Assembly: GCA_049322675.1 (NCBI GenBank) | Contig: JBMORM010000009.1 | Coordinates: 222,132-286,131, forward strand | Reading direction: 5' to 3' | Origin: Patescibacteria group bacterium | Lineage (GTDB): Bacteria > Patescibacteriota > JAHJAL01 | DNA length: 64,000 nucleotides | In this document: positions 20,701-30,800 of the stretch, one piece after another | Layout: each line of letters begins with the position of its first letter | Numbering within the stretch: position 1 is the stretch's first letter | Made by a program: the position numbers and the translations under genes | The notes under the pieces: model-generated | What the model was told of the DNA's origin: nothing | What the model saw: the letters and a program-made list of their open reading frames with translations, nothing else | Database searches by the model: none

Positions 20701-21681
20701 TTTGTGATCGGATACGGCGACCCTCAGCTTTCGGATACGATTTCTACCGCCCACACCGGCCGACCGGCACATCACACCATATTGTACACCAATGATATTA
20801 CCAACAGTTACCCGGTCAGTGACGGAAGTCTCAAATTTGATTTGGCGGACGAATTTGATTTCACGGGACTGACTATAGCTGATTTGAGTATTAGAGGCGG
20901 TGATGTGAGCTGGGGAGTGCCGACGTTGGATCCGATATCTAGATCGATTATTTATTCCTTTAGCGGCAATCTTAGTAAAAATGATGGTTCGATAATTTTG
21001 ACGATCGGCGATACCAATTTACCGCTCAATCCGACTTTGGCGGGAGATTATCGTTTGACGGCGGGAATTTACCAAACAACAGACGGAACGGGTAATCCGG
21101 TGGAAGAAGTGGAAACTTTGATTAATATCAATGATGGATTGACGATCGAGGTGGATATCCCGACAACCCTGGAATTTGCCATCAATCCCCTACCTTCCGG
21201 GTCAAATGTCAACGGCGCAGCTACCAATGTTGCCACTGCCGCTTCGGCAATCGATTATGGGCGCGTGACCGGCGGCGAAAACAAAATCGCCGCGCACGAA
21301 CTCGTCTTTTCCACCAATTGCGCTGATGGTTATTTGGCACAGATAAAATATAGTGGGCCATTTAGCGGACCGGTGGCGATCAATGATTGGACGGGGACAA
21401 ATAGCGAACCAACAGTTTGGTTGGCGCCCAATAATAATGGATATTTTGGTTATACTACCGATAACGCGACGCTAAAAAACGGCCAGGCAAACAGATTTGT
21501 CAGCGGGGGCGGAAATAAATGGTCCAGATTTACCACCGATTTCAACGAGGTGGCAGCCGACAGCGAACCGGTAGAAAATCAGACGACAAAAGTCGGTTAT
21601 CGCTTCAATCTGGCCAACAATTTTGGTACCAGCGGAGTTTATCAGACCGAAATCATGTATTTGGTAACAACCAGTTACTAA
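14770..21681 (+). CDS. Giant secreted protein (~2303 aa): YPxxIDP N-domain, FN3-like, Myxococcus-type Cys-rich repeat, PKD-like, tandem beta-helix repeats, C-terminal WxL-like module
   Basis: ATG 14770 is preferred over TTG 14731 because it gives MKIPKIKK followed by a hydrophobic stretch. YPVVIDPS; CGDGVIQFPEECDDGNTNDGDGCDRNC; VTLSWTSSNATSCTASGSWSG; ends GVYQTEIMYLVTTSY. Confidence 0.88.
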   Translation: MKIPKIKKLLQFTPMVLLCLALVVVLILKVRIPTTSKEISVNTKEQTQSMTDKQAESDQSPTAGKKKMSVTTNISKIEIAPVVDEKQQKYLYNEAVEAIINVDRIRNDDSTLPSDNAFSKKKDKQYWWDLINWFGKEVVEAKNDDFTLKNYLDANQIRTEVQLTEEQKDFAVSLEVPNSKTVTSSRGDFIQYEFDQSTVVQYQLKNNRLKENIIYNFKPAENYFYFNIDRADNLEIIPKPDGEIIIQTKDEPRHIVATVMAPTVVDRKGKVGKISLEYSENRYKYIIDQAWLDQANYPVVIDPSLQLGAVLYYTGGTVNVEWHGDGSDYRDTGVFLYKDEVSLYSPINQYLISNIDYGDCNPAVGVFQLCNKGTTSFNLGDQYVGQELKFGNKVYQSDIIYYTGPASRNPDNQVHTIIVYEESFNAYVIRFLRNHPTKNGMWYGPSVDIWLTGGLSDSPPPVDPTPTTSPEPILSNLSCVSNSGQITVNFDTTGFGSTATYAIKFVGNGTQYLQSNNTLGDTEVWRTKGEWGNNIRVTGLTAGTDYTVSISAKPDGAGTALAYGPTKNTTEICSQDTFNDSGQVCGDGVIQFPEECDDGNTNDGDGCDRNCTNEPAAVTDPPTVDIKANGSDSPSTLPNNSTVTLSWTSSNATSCTASGSWSGDKATNGSENQGPLTTGTYTYVIQCTNSAGSRSDSVTITIFSPPCDITYTYSTTNTDVNTVSNHWHGTVCINRNLFIAGSNTLTIDPGTVIKFYVGNANERWRILNYGTLNAIGTEDNPIYFTSFRDNSIGNIVPGGSGTPQKGEWNELNFNAYGDSYQGIGELNNVVIRYATTGINDYVHTAFSTSPHKPEPILRNIIIENCSGDGIYIERSHPILENVTIRNNGGNAIYLNLYGYSNSNGRANVNFLGNNVAINNKLDGIYVNNHALSSTAILENITWNNDFPYYLAQNFNIERDAILSIEKGTVIKSADDVTFTVWGTLVAIGTVDEPVYFTSAYDNTTPDGDITPTNGEDNIPTKGDWAQLIFLANRNDADQANGELNNVIIRYAVNGINDYVHTTYVSSPDKPEPILRNILIENCSGSGVNIDRSHPILENITIKNCYKAINLDLYGITSSDGRANVRFLGKIVAENNEYNGVYVYNRAHSPAVIQENISWDNNLPYYLGGSLTINPGISLTLSPGTIIKIGSGYKIENRGLLYAVGSSEQPIFFTSAKDNTTPDGDITPKNTTDNNPTKGDWNEIMFNAYNNNYQGAGELNNVIIRYSTNGINDYTHILYQSSLPKQEPVLRNITIEKCSASGISIQRSHLIIDNASISDCDGNAVSLDMYGFDFSDGRANISFTGTTSVSGNGLDGIYVFHSTNNIISLAEDITWEGTIPYYVSETIEVPYLYKMTIQPGTILKFGSAADLHVLGRLNIGDQNNIDIRPVYMTSIKDDSSETGGDIQNNAGNDPSKGDWGKLIFDAYNNYNIGAGEINNLIIRYATIGIQDYVHHLNANDLPKQEPVLKNIIIENCSSHGISVDRSHPIFENLIIRNNNSNAVNLDMYGLSSSDGKATINFVGNVVAENNGLDGIYIFNSAHEPTVIIENVNWDNDLPYYIANNLSVYSSSTLNIESGTVIKFGPSKSLTINGKLNLNGTSEKPIYLTSSKDNNTPDGDITPLNFSDNTPAKEDWGGVLYSGSSAGGKVYNTTFRYGAGGTGNYDYELAFDGVTANTVEVKNSNFNFTNRGLYANNSKLSIHDNIFDSSSDYGVVINNPPTGFVFDRNEIAHSDTGIWITAASNGLTLSNNNIHDVLTGVLGQNISTNGVLMTGNYIDASNYLIRNNSSPFVSGSCASPSTSTTINACVANNWGSYPVSDYPTGKIYKNPGNILYNNYGVQLTAPNGGERWSPRSRHNIIWTTYNTGGNSRYADLHYSFDGGTNWTLIAENIDHQGGATIFGTYDWLIPDTVSAQTLVKVDIKDLNETIIASDVSNSYFVIGYGDPQLSDTISTAHTGRPAHHTILYTNDITNSYPVSDGSLKFDLADEFDFTGLTIADLSIRGGDVSWGVPTLDPISRSIIYSFSGNLSKNDGSIILTIGDTNLPLNPTLAGDYRLTAGIYQTTDGTGNPVEEVETLININDGLTIEVDIPTTLEFAINPLPSGSNVNGAATNVATAASAIDYGRVTGGENKIAAHELVFSTNCADGYLAQIKYSGPFSGPVAINDWTGTNSEPTVWLAPNNNGYFGYTTDNATLKNGQANRFVSGGGNKWSRFTTDFNEVAADSEPVENQTTKVGYRFNLANNFGTSGVYQTEIMYLVTTSY
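16995..19800 (+). repeat. Four full plus one partial ~217-aa (~650 bp) tandem beta-helix repeats inside 14770-21681
   Basis: Recurring (L/M)x(I/L)xxGT(V/I)(I/L)K...P(I/V)(Y/F)(F/M)TS...KG(D/E)W...GE(L/I)NN...IRY...G(I)xDYxH...EP(I/V)L(R/K)NI...CS...RSH, with units starting near 17000, 17650, 18300, 18950 and 19600. Confidence 0.85.
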
Positions 21682-21697
21682 GCCCATTTTGGGAGTA

Positions 21698-21726
21698 TTG
21701 ATAAATATTTGTTTTGGTGATATAAT
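21698..21726 (+). promoter_or_regulatory. Sigma70-type promoter with extended -10
   Basis: TTGATA (21698-21703), 17-bp spacer, TG at 21718-21719, TATAAT (21721-21726); about 95 bp upstream of ATG 21822. Confidence 0.65.
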
Positions 21727-21821
21727 AATAGGATTTATCTAAAGGATAGGTATGATTGATTGTACCTTGTTGATAATTAGATAAATCAGTTAGAAAAACA
21801 AAAATCACATACAAATTTTTT

Positions 21822-24800
21822 ATGAAATTTTTTCACAAAAAATTTACAAAACAAATACTGGTCTTATTGGCTGTCTTTGTCATATCTTTCGGCAAAGATA
21901 TTTCTCTGGCGCAGTCCGTTGAAAATAATATACAGATCGAGACAAGTAATCCGATCCTGGACAACAGTCTTTACAAGATTGAGAACCTGGATTTTTTGGT
22001 GGAATTGGGTGATAAAGAAAATAACAATGATGACCTGGTTAGTTTTAAGGCTTTTCCCAAAAAAGAAATTGCGGACGGTTTATTTGGCCGCCTGTCCAAT
22101 TGGGCGACTGTTCGACAAAAAGGTATATCGTTTGAGTTGATAAAAACAACTGATCAAAGCATGGTTGAGTCGGAAATTGCTGCTTTGGATCAGGAATTTA
22201 TACAAGAAAATGACCAATCCGGTGTCGCCGCCCAAGTCGGCGGATTTTTCAATGGTCTGATCGATCAGTTTTGGAAAAATGTTGATGACTTGGCCAATAT
22301 CGGGCGTAAAACAGATGATTTGATTTGGGAAGAAAATGACAACACGACCACGGTTGTCAATCCGATTTTGGATAAAGATATTAGTTTGGAATACCAAGCT
22401 TTGGAAAATGGCTTGAAAGAAAATATTATTATTAACGGCAGTGAAGGCGAGGTTTTTGATAGTTATTTATACAAATTGAATCTTGATCCCGGGGTGATAT
22501 TGCACCGGGTGCAAAGTGATAGTCCTTTCGGTTTGCCGCAAGGAACCTATTATTTTACGGATGAAAATAATAATTATATCGCCCATTTTTTGCCGATGGT
22601 GGCTCTTGATGCCAATGGGTTGGAAACAAAAAATATTGAAATGGAAATTACACCCGTAGGGACAGGTCGCGACCTGTCCCTACAAAATGGTTCGCCCCTA
22701 CAATACGCAATCGTCATCACCGTGGATAAAAATTGGCTGACGGATACAGCGATTCAATATCCGATTAAAATCGACCCTTCGATCGTGCATGATACCAAGG
22801 CGGAGTTTGACGCAGGAATTTTAAATCGATTGCAAAGTACTTCTGCCGATCGAGTGGAACTTAAACACCATGAACTATCGCATGATGAGTCCACGGTTGG
22901 TCTATGGCACATGAACGAATCGAGCGGACAATCTATTTATGATTATGGCGGAGTGGCTAATAATACCGGTCAACTCGGTTCGACTACCGGCAGCGACACC
23001 AATGATCCGACTTGGAATACGACCAGTCAAAAACTGGGAGCAAGTGCTTTGTCTTTTGACGGTGTAAATGATTTTGTAACTATCCCAGATTCATCAACTT
23101 GGTATTTTGCCAAAAATAATTTTACTATTTCTGCTTGGTTTAAGACTACCGGTGGAGATAACGAAAAAATATATTATCAAGGAGATTCAGGTGGTACTCC
23201 AAGTACAATTTCTTCATTTATTCAAATTAGCTCCGGGGGTATTGTTCAATTTGTTCCTGACTATGCCACTTATCCGAGTCAACATACACTATCTTCGAAC
23301 CGAACAGTAAATGACGGTACATGGCACAATGTTACCGTTGTTCGAAATGGTATCATATTTGATATGTATATTGATGGTCAAAAGGAAAACAGTCTTACTC
23401 TGGATTATTCAATGATTGACAGTAGTTACCCGCTCACAATTGGCGCAATGTATAACGGAGTTTATAATCCTTTCAATGGTTCCATCGACGAAGTTCGTAT
23501 TTCCAATCGAGCACTTTCTCCGGAAGAAATCAAAGCCGACGCCCAATACAGTCCTTATGGCGTCTATACTTCATCGGTTATGGATTTGGGAACAAGCGAG
23601 CCGACCTGGCAAAACTTCTCCTGGACTGAATCCGGAGTCCGCACCAGTCAAGTAGAAAATGATATAGATACCACCAATCTCGTTGCCCAATGGAATTTTA
23701 ATGAGACCAACGGAACGACAGCAGTAAGTAGCGGCAGTTGCGGAACTTCATGCAATGGCACGCTCAATAATTTCGCCAATACTTCCGCTCAAGACGCAAC
23801 ACCAATGTCCGGCTGGACCTATGAAAATCGTTTGAAATATGGTGCTGACGGTGATGGATCGCTGATGTTTGATGGGGTGGATGATTATATTGATGCTGGA
23901 AATAATTTGGCTTTGCAAATTACTGGAAATATCACAATCGAGGCATGGATTTATCCAACCCAACTAAATGATACCAACTATTATATTATTGGTGCAAAAC
24001 AAGGTCCTAGTGGTTATTATGGTTATCAACTCTACATAGGAAATGGCACCAAACCGTATGCATTATTCGGTTTGTCAAGTAATGGAACAGACTGGAACGC
24101 TTCAATGCAAGGATCCCAAGTGCTCCAATCTGGCAAATGGTATTATATTGTCGGTTCATATGACGGCTCAAATATCAGAACATATATAAATGGGGTCTTA
24201 GATTCAACAAGACCATATACAGGTAGTATCTATAATACAAATACAAATTTTACTATCGGCAAAAGTTTGCAAGGTACAAATGCTAATTTTAATGGTATTC
24301 TTGAATCCCCCAAAATCTACTCCCGGGCTCTTTCCGCAGATGAAATTAATTCCAACTATCAAGCCGGCAATATTGAATTTCAAACTCGTACCGGTACCGA
24401 CACTACACCGGAAGATGGCGGGTGGGAGGAGTGGAAATCGACAGGAACTGCGGCAGAAATGTCAGTACAAAATTTTAATAGTACATTAAATACTATTGAT
24501 CCCGATCCGTATACTACTCTGTTGCTACACGGCGAAGGAATAAATGGTTCACAAACATTTGTTGACTCAGCTATTAGTCCAGCTAGTTCTTTTGAAGTAG
24601 TCGGCAATGCACAAAATTCTACTGCGCAAAAAAAATTCGGCTCTAGCAGTTTATATTTTGATGGATTTGCTGATGAACTGGATGTTCATAGTAATGCCAA
24701 TATTGTTCATTTTGGAAGTGGAGATTTTACGATTGACACTTGGGTGCGATTTTCTAGTTGGGCAACTGGATACCGGCGTAATTTTTTCGTCGATTGGCAA

Positions 24801-27800
24801 GATGGAAGCAATAATATATTTTTAATTCAGCAAGAAGATAATAAATTAAATTTTAGTTTCTTTGGCGGAGGTGTATATACAAATATTACTTCAACAACAA
24901 CCTGGGTTCCAAACAGTAACCAATGGTATCACGTGGCTTTAACTAGAAATGGCTCCTCATGGCGATACTTTATCGATGGTACACAACTCGGATCAACAAT
25001 TACTAATTCTTTAGCAATCGACAACTGCAATGGCTATATTGCTCTGGGCAATAGAAATTTAAATGATTCACATTTGGAAACATACATAGATGAATTGAGA
25101 GTAAGTAAAGGTATCGCTCGCTGGACAGCCAATTTTACTCCACCGAAATATGCTTACAATACCGGAATCAATCAAATTTCTAACAAGATTGATACAACTG
25201 TAAAAACCGAGGGAACGGGGAGTGAAAGATGTTTGATTGGACAAACGCAGCCGGATGTCAACACTGTCGGACTTTGGCACATGGAAGAAACCAGTGGCAC
25301 GGGTGCTTATATCAAAGATAGTTCCGGTAATGGCAATCACGGTACACCCACAAATACTACGCCGGTAGATTCAGTTAGTGGTCAGGGAAGAAATTTTAGC
25401 GGTAGCAATGGTGATAATATTTCAATTCCGGGTATGACTTGGACACCGACTACTTTTACGGTGGATTGGTGGTTGTATCCAGAATCGTGTACGAATTACA
25501 ATCAGCAAATAAGATCAGTAAGCGGTTGGGGAGGGTTTCTATTCCACACCGATAGCAATTGTGCGGTATATGTGGGTACTGATGTCAATTATCGTTTTAC
25601 ACCAACAGAATTATCAACCAATACTTTATCCTTGAATCAATGGCAACATTTTGCCTATGTATATGATGGTAGTAAAGGGTATTTTTACAAAAATGGTCAA
25701 TTGTTAGCCGGACCAAAAGTACAAAACACATCAACCGCTTGGAACGGTTTTTATATCGGAGATCCTTCTAATACTATTGACGGCACAATTGACGAAGTCC
25801 GAATTTCCAATGTTGCTCGCACTCCGGAAGAAATTGCCGAAGCTTACCGTATGGGCGCAAATTATCACATCACTCGTTCTCTTTCATCCAACATTGATTT
25901 GGCAACGACTAATAACAAATTGCCAATCCAAATTGCTTCCGATCGACCGGGCACTTCACTCATGTTGACTTTAGGCGAATCGGCTTATGCCAACAACGAA
26001 TTGGATACAAATACATTGGGGTATTGGTCCATGGAAGAAAATTTTTCCGGCGGCACGAATGCTATGCGCGAATGTACTGATGCCGATCCGATTGGAACTG
26101 CGTGCGGCGGTGGCAAAAAATTTGCGACAGGTTTGGTGGCAATGCCAGCTGGTTGTGCCAATAGTTTAAATGAACCCAGCTGTACCAGTCCAGATACGTT
26201 AGTAAATAACAAAACATGGGATAATCCTCTTCAAGGAATTGGGGAAAATGCCTACAGTACAACCGATGGTTTATCGAATACAAATAATTTGTATAATTCA
26301 AATCCACCTGCTAATCCAGCCGGCGATTATTGTCACGATTTAATAAAATCTGGCTATAGTGATTGGTATTTGCCGGCACAATCGGAATTGCAAAGCTTGT
26401 ATAACCAACGAACTACTATTGGCGGTTTTATGGCTACTCAATACTGGTCATCCACTGAGTACAATGAAGCATCACATCAATATGCTTATTATGTTAGTTT
26501 TCTCAATGGTTCCTCTAGTTTTGCTGGTAAAAATGCTGGTTATGAATATCGTTGTATTCGTCAATATAATGGCGAGCAACAAAAGATAAAAGATAGTAGT
26601 CCATTAAATCTTTCTGGTCAAGCAGTAGGCACTTCGCCGACACAAGGAAAATTTGGTAAAGGTAGATATTTCAATGGAACAAGTGATTACATCCGCACCG
26701 AAGACCCAAATAGTATATTGGAAGGCAATACTTTTACTATCGAAGCTTGGGTAAATCCATCTTCCTTAACTGGTGGAACCAATAGTCATAGAATCGCAGG
26801 CAAAATCGGTAATGACACATCAAATTGTGGATACGGATACAATATCAATCTTGACGATACTGATTATTTTAAAATAACTACCGATCCCACAGGGTGTGGC
26901 AATACCCAATCAGTAATGGGAAAAACTAAACCAGTTCCAGGACAGTGGTATTACGTTGTAGGTACATACAATGGCACAGTTTCAAAAATATATGTAAATG
27001 GAGTACTTGAGAATTCTGCAAGCGTATCAACTATAAATGATTTTCCAAGTTATTTCTTGATTGGTGCTCAACTTCAAGAACAAACAACAACATACGTTGA
27101 TTTCTTTGAGGGAGCAATAGATGAAGTCCGCTATTCCAACATTGTCCGCACCCCCAACGAAATCCGCCAAGCTTACGAAGCCGGCTTGCGTTCCCACCCC
27201 ATCACCATCGACTTTGGCGCTCAGCTGGATAGTGGAAATTTAATCACCGGTTCGGGTGACTTGTCATTTACTGTTGATGCCACCAAAAAAGGTTTGCCAA
27301 CTAAAGGTGAAAACCTGTTTGTCGGCGACAAAGTTATTATCAAAGAAAATTATAATGGTACAGAATATTTAGCTCAGGGCACAGTAACGAGCGTCAATAA
27401 ATCTACCGGTGCGGTGACGGTGGCGGCTTGGGATAGCGGATCAACTTTTTCATCCAGCGGGCAGACTGGTTTTTCCGCCAATGCTGATGTTTTTAAATGG
27501 CAAAAAGAAATTGCCAGTATTTATGGTAGTTTGGCTGGTCACAGGGACGAGTTGAATAAAATCAGTTTGCGGATACTGGACGGAAATCAAGGGCAAAACA
27601 TCTGGTTGGACGATATGAAAGTATCCACGCCACTTATGACCAATCCGACCACTAACACTATTCAATCCACTCCAAATCGCTATTTTCAATACAGATTTTT
27701 TGCTCATACTACCGACACCGATCCGACCCCGGGAGTTGATGACGTCGAGTTGGATTACAGTACGATCGAAATGACCGGTGCTTCCACTTCGGAAAGTTAT

Positions 27801-30800
27801 ATTAACACAAATAATAACACGGCTTTCAATATTCAATGCAATGGCGTGACTGATTCCGGCACGGGCGACAATGTAACTTGCGAGGCTTCTTTTAATCAAA
27901 CCAACTGGTATTCGGTTGGTTCCGCCACTACTCCCCTATCCAATCAGACCGTCCAAGGCACACCGGATATTTCCAGCTGGACCGGATATCCGAGCGGCGA
28001 CGGTTCGGTAACTATTTACGCTCGCGCGCACAATACGACCAATGATACATATTCTGATATTTACAATTTTAGTGTGAACAAAGACGTGAGTCGGCCAACT
28101 GTAACTTCCATAACTTCAGTAGCTGGCGACACAACTTCTTTGTATAGCGATGGAACAGATGATAGTTCGACGCTGGTTGTTTATGCAACTTCAGCTGACG
28201 CCACGAGTTGTCGTTGGTCAGCGACCGACCAAACATACACGGCCATGACAAACACTTGTACTTCAACTACAAATTGCACTTTAAATTTAGGCGGTAAAGG
28301 TCAGAAAGATGTTTATATTGGATGCATCGATGCAGCAACCAATTATTCGCAACCCAATTATCATCTGACTTATTATATCGATGTTGATCCAGATATTGTG
28401 GCGCTTGATGCCGGTCCAAGTTCGTCCGACCGTACCAGTTTAACTTCCGATCAGTGGTTTAATTATTCGCAAACGGGATCCGATGATCAGATTTCATTTA
28501 GTTGGACTGATCCGAATTCACCTTCGGATGACTATTTCTATTATCTGGAAAATGACTCCTCAGTAAATGCCATTTCCAATACCAATCTGGTAGGTTGGTG
28601 GAATTTTGAAGATGATACAATCACGTCTGCGCTCGATCATAGTGGACAAGCCAATCATGCCACTTTATATGGCACTTCCACTACTTCCGGTAATTTGGGA
28701 CTATCCAGAAGTTTCAATGGCACAAGTGATTATGTACACGACAATGCTTTGGCTGCATCAATTCCCGGTAATTTGACAGTAACCGGTTGGATCAAAGCTT
28801 CAACTATTCCATCCTACCAAGAGCGCATTATTGATCTGGCCCAAGCCGGTGATGCCGGATTGCAAGTATGTATCGATACTAGTGGAAATATTTTGTTGGA
28901 AAATTCCGGTGGTCCGTCGGGTGTGGTTTATGGTGGCAACGCGACCGACAATAACTGGCATCATTTTGCCGTCACCCGTTCCGGCACGACTTATGAATTT
29001 TTTGTTGATGGAGTATCAAAAGGCACCACTTCAGGTTCCGCACCTACATATACACAAATGTATTTTGGTCGTCGTCAAACCGGAGGAGATTTTTACAACG
29101 GTCAAATCGACGATACCAAAATATTCACCAGAGTGTTGTCATCTACCGAAATTGGAAATGAATATCGTATACGTTTAACCCAAAATAATTATTTAGATAG
29201 TCAAACCGTTACCGAAGGTACTTTTTTCAAACACGTTCGCCCAATCAATGGCGTGGATAGCTGGGGAAATGAACTACAATTTATTACAAAATACGACAAA
29301 ACCAATCCCACTCTTTCAGCTTCCGGTAATTCTGAACAATGGTATTCATCAAATCCCACCATAACATTAACTACCGTTGACAACCATTCAGGATTGAATT
29401 ATTCCAAATATTCCTGGGACAGTGATGATACAACCTGCCGATCAAGTGGTACAAATTTTAGCAACAGCGATAATATAAATATCCCTACAAATGGAACTCA
29501 TGTTCTGTATTTATGCAATCAGGACATCGTAAACAATCAAAATAGTTGGAATGGTATTTACAAACTGGACAACACTACACCTGATCTAATTTCTATTGAT
29601 GCCGGACAGTCTTCGGCTGACCGTACTTCTTTGACTTCCCATACGTGGTTTGGTTATGCCGACACCGGATCGGATGATCAGGTCTCGTTTAGTTGGACTG
29701 ATCCGGCCAGTCCCTCTGATGATTATTTTTATTACTTGGAAAATGATTTCTCAATCGTCGCTTTCAATGAGTCCAATTTGGCTGCTTGGTGGAGTTTTGA
29801 AAATGACAATACTACTACTGCCTGGGATCATTCATCAAATAACAATGATGGTACTTTCGATGGATCAGCATCTTCAACCGGCCAGTTGGGTAGTAGTCGT
29901 TATTTTGATGGTAGTGATGATAAAATCCAAATAACTGATCACAATACACTCAAGCCGGCAACTAATCTAACAGTTTCTGCTTGGTTTAGAACTCAGGATA
30001 AAAGTATCGCTTCCCAACAAATTATTTCCAAAACCAGGCATAGTGGCTATAGTTTAAGCTTATCCAATACTCAACTATGCTTTGCGGTAAGTGATGGATA
30101 CAATTCATACAAATATGCGTGTATTTCCAACGCAGCTATAAATAATGATACATGGTATCACGTAGCGGGCACTTATGACGGCTCAAATGTAAAACTATAC
30201 CTCGATGGACAATTTCAAACACAAACTGTCATGACGACCAATATCTATTATATGGACTCGGTATTGTGTATCGGCGCCGAGGCGGGTACTCTGGGAAATA
30301 TTTGTGAAAATTACTACTTTAAAGGTGATATTGACGAAGCCAAAATATATACTAGAACTTTAACCGATACAGAAATTAACAATGAATATTCGCGTCGTTT
30401 AACTACTAGTCCATATCTCGACAATCAACTGGTCACCGAAGGTACATATTACAAACACATTCGACCATTTTCCGGCGCGGACACTTGGGGCAGTGAACAG
30501 CAATTTATTGAAAAATATGACAAGACGGCGCCGACGATTGATTCGATTACTTCCATTGCCGGAGATACGACCCTACCCTATTTTGACACCACCGATGACA
30601 GTAACACTTTGGTTGTTTATACCAGTTCAGATAATTTGAATATTGTTGATCAATGCAAATGGAGCACCAGCGATGAAATATATTCAGTGATGCCCAATGT
30701 ATGCAGTAATTCGACAAATTGTAATTTAAATCTGGCTGGAGATGGCGCCAAGACGGTTTATATACGCTGCCGAGATAACATTGGAAACGAAGCTTCAAGT

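Noticed and set aside
26045-26575. Intein or intron as the explanation for in-frame insertions
   Set aside because: No intein terminal motifs (C/S start, HN-C/S/T end) or homing endonuclease signature; the inserts look like folded binding domains.
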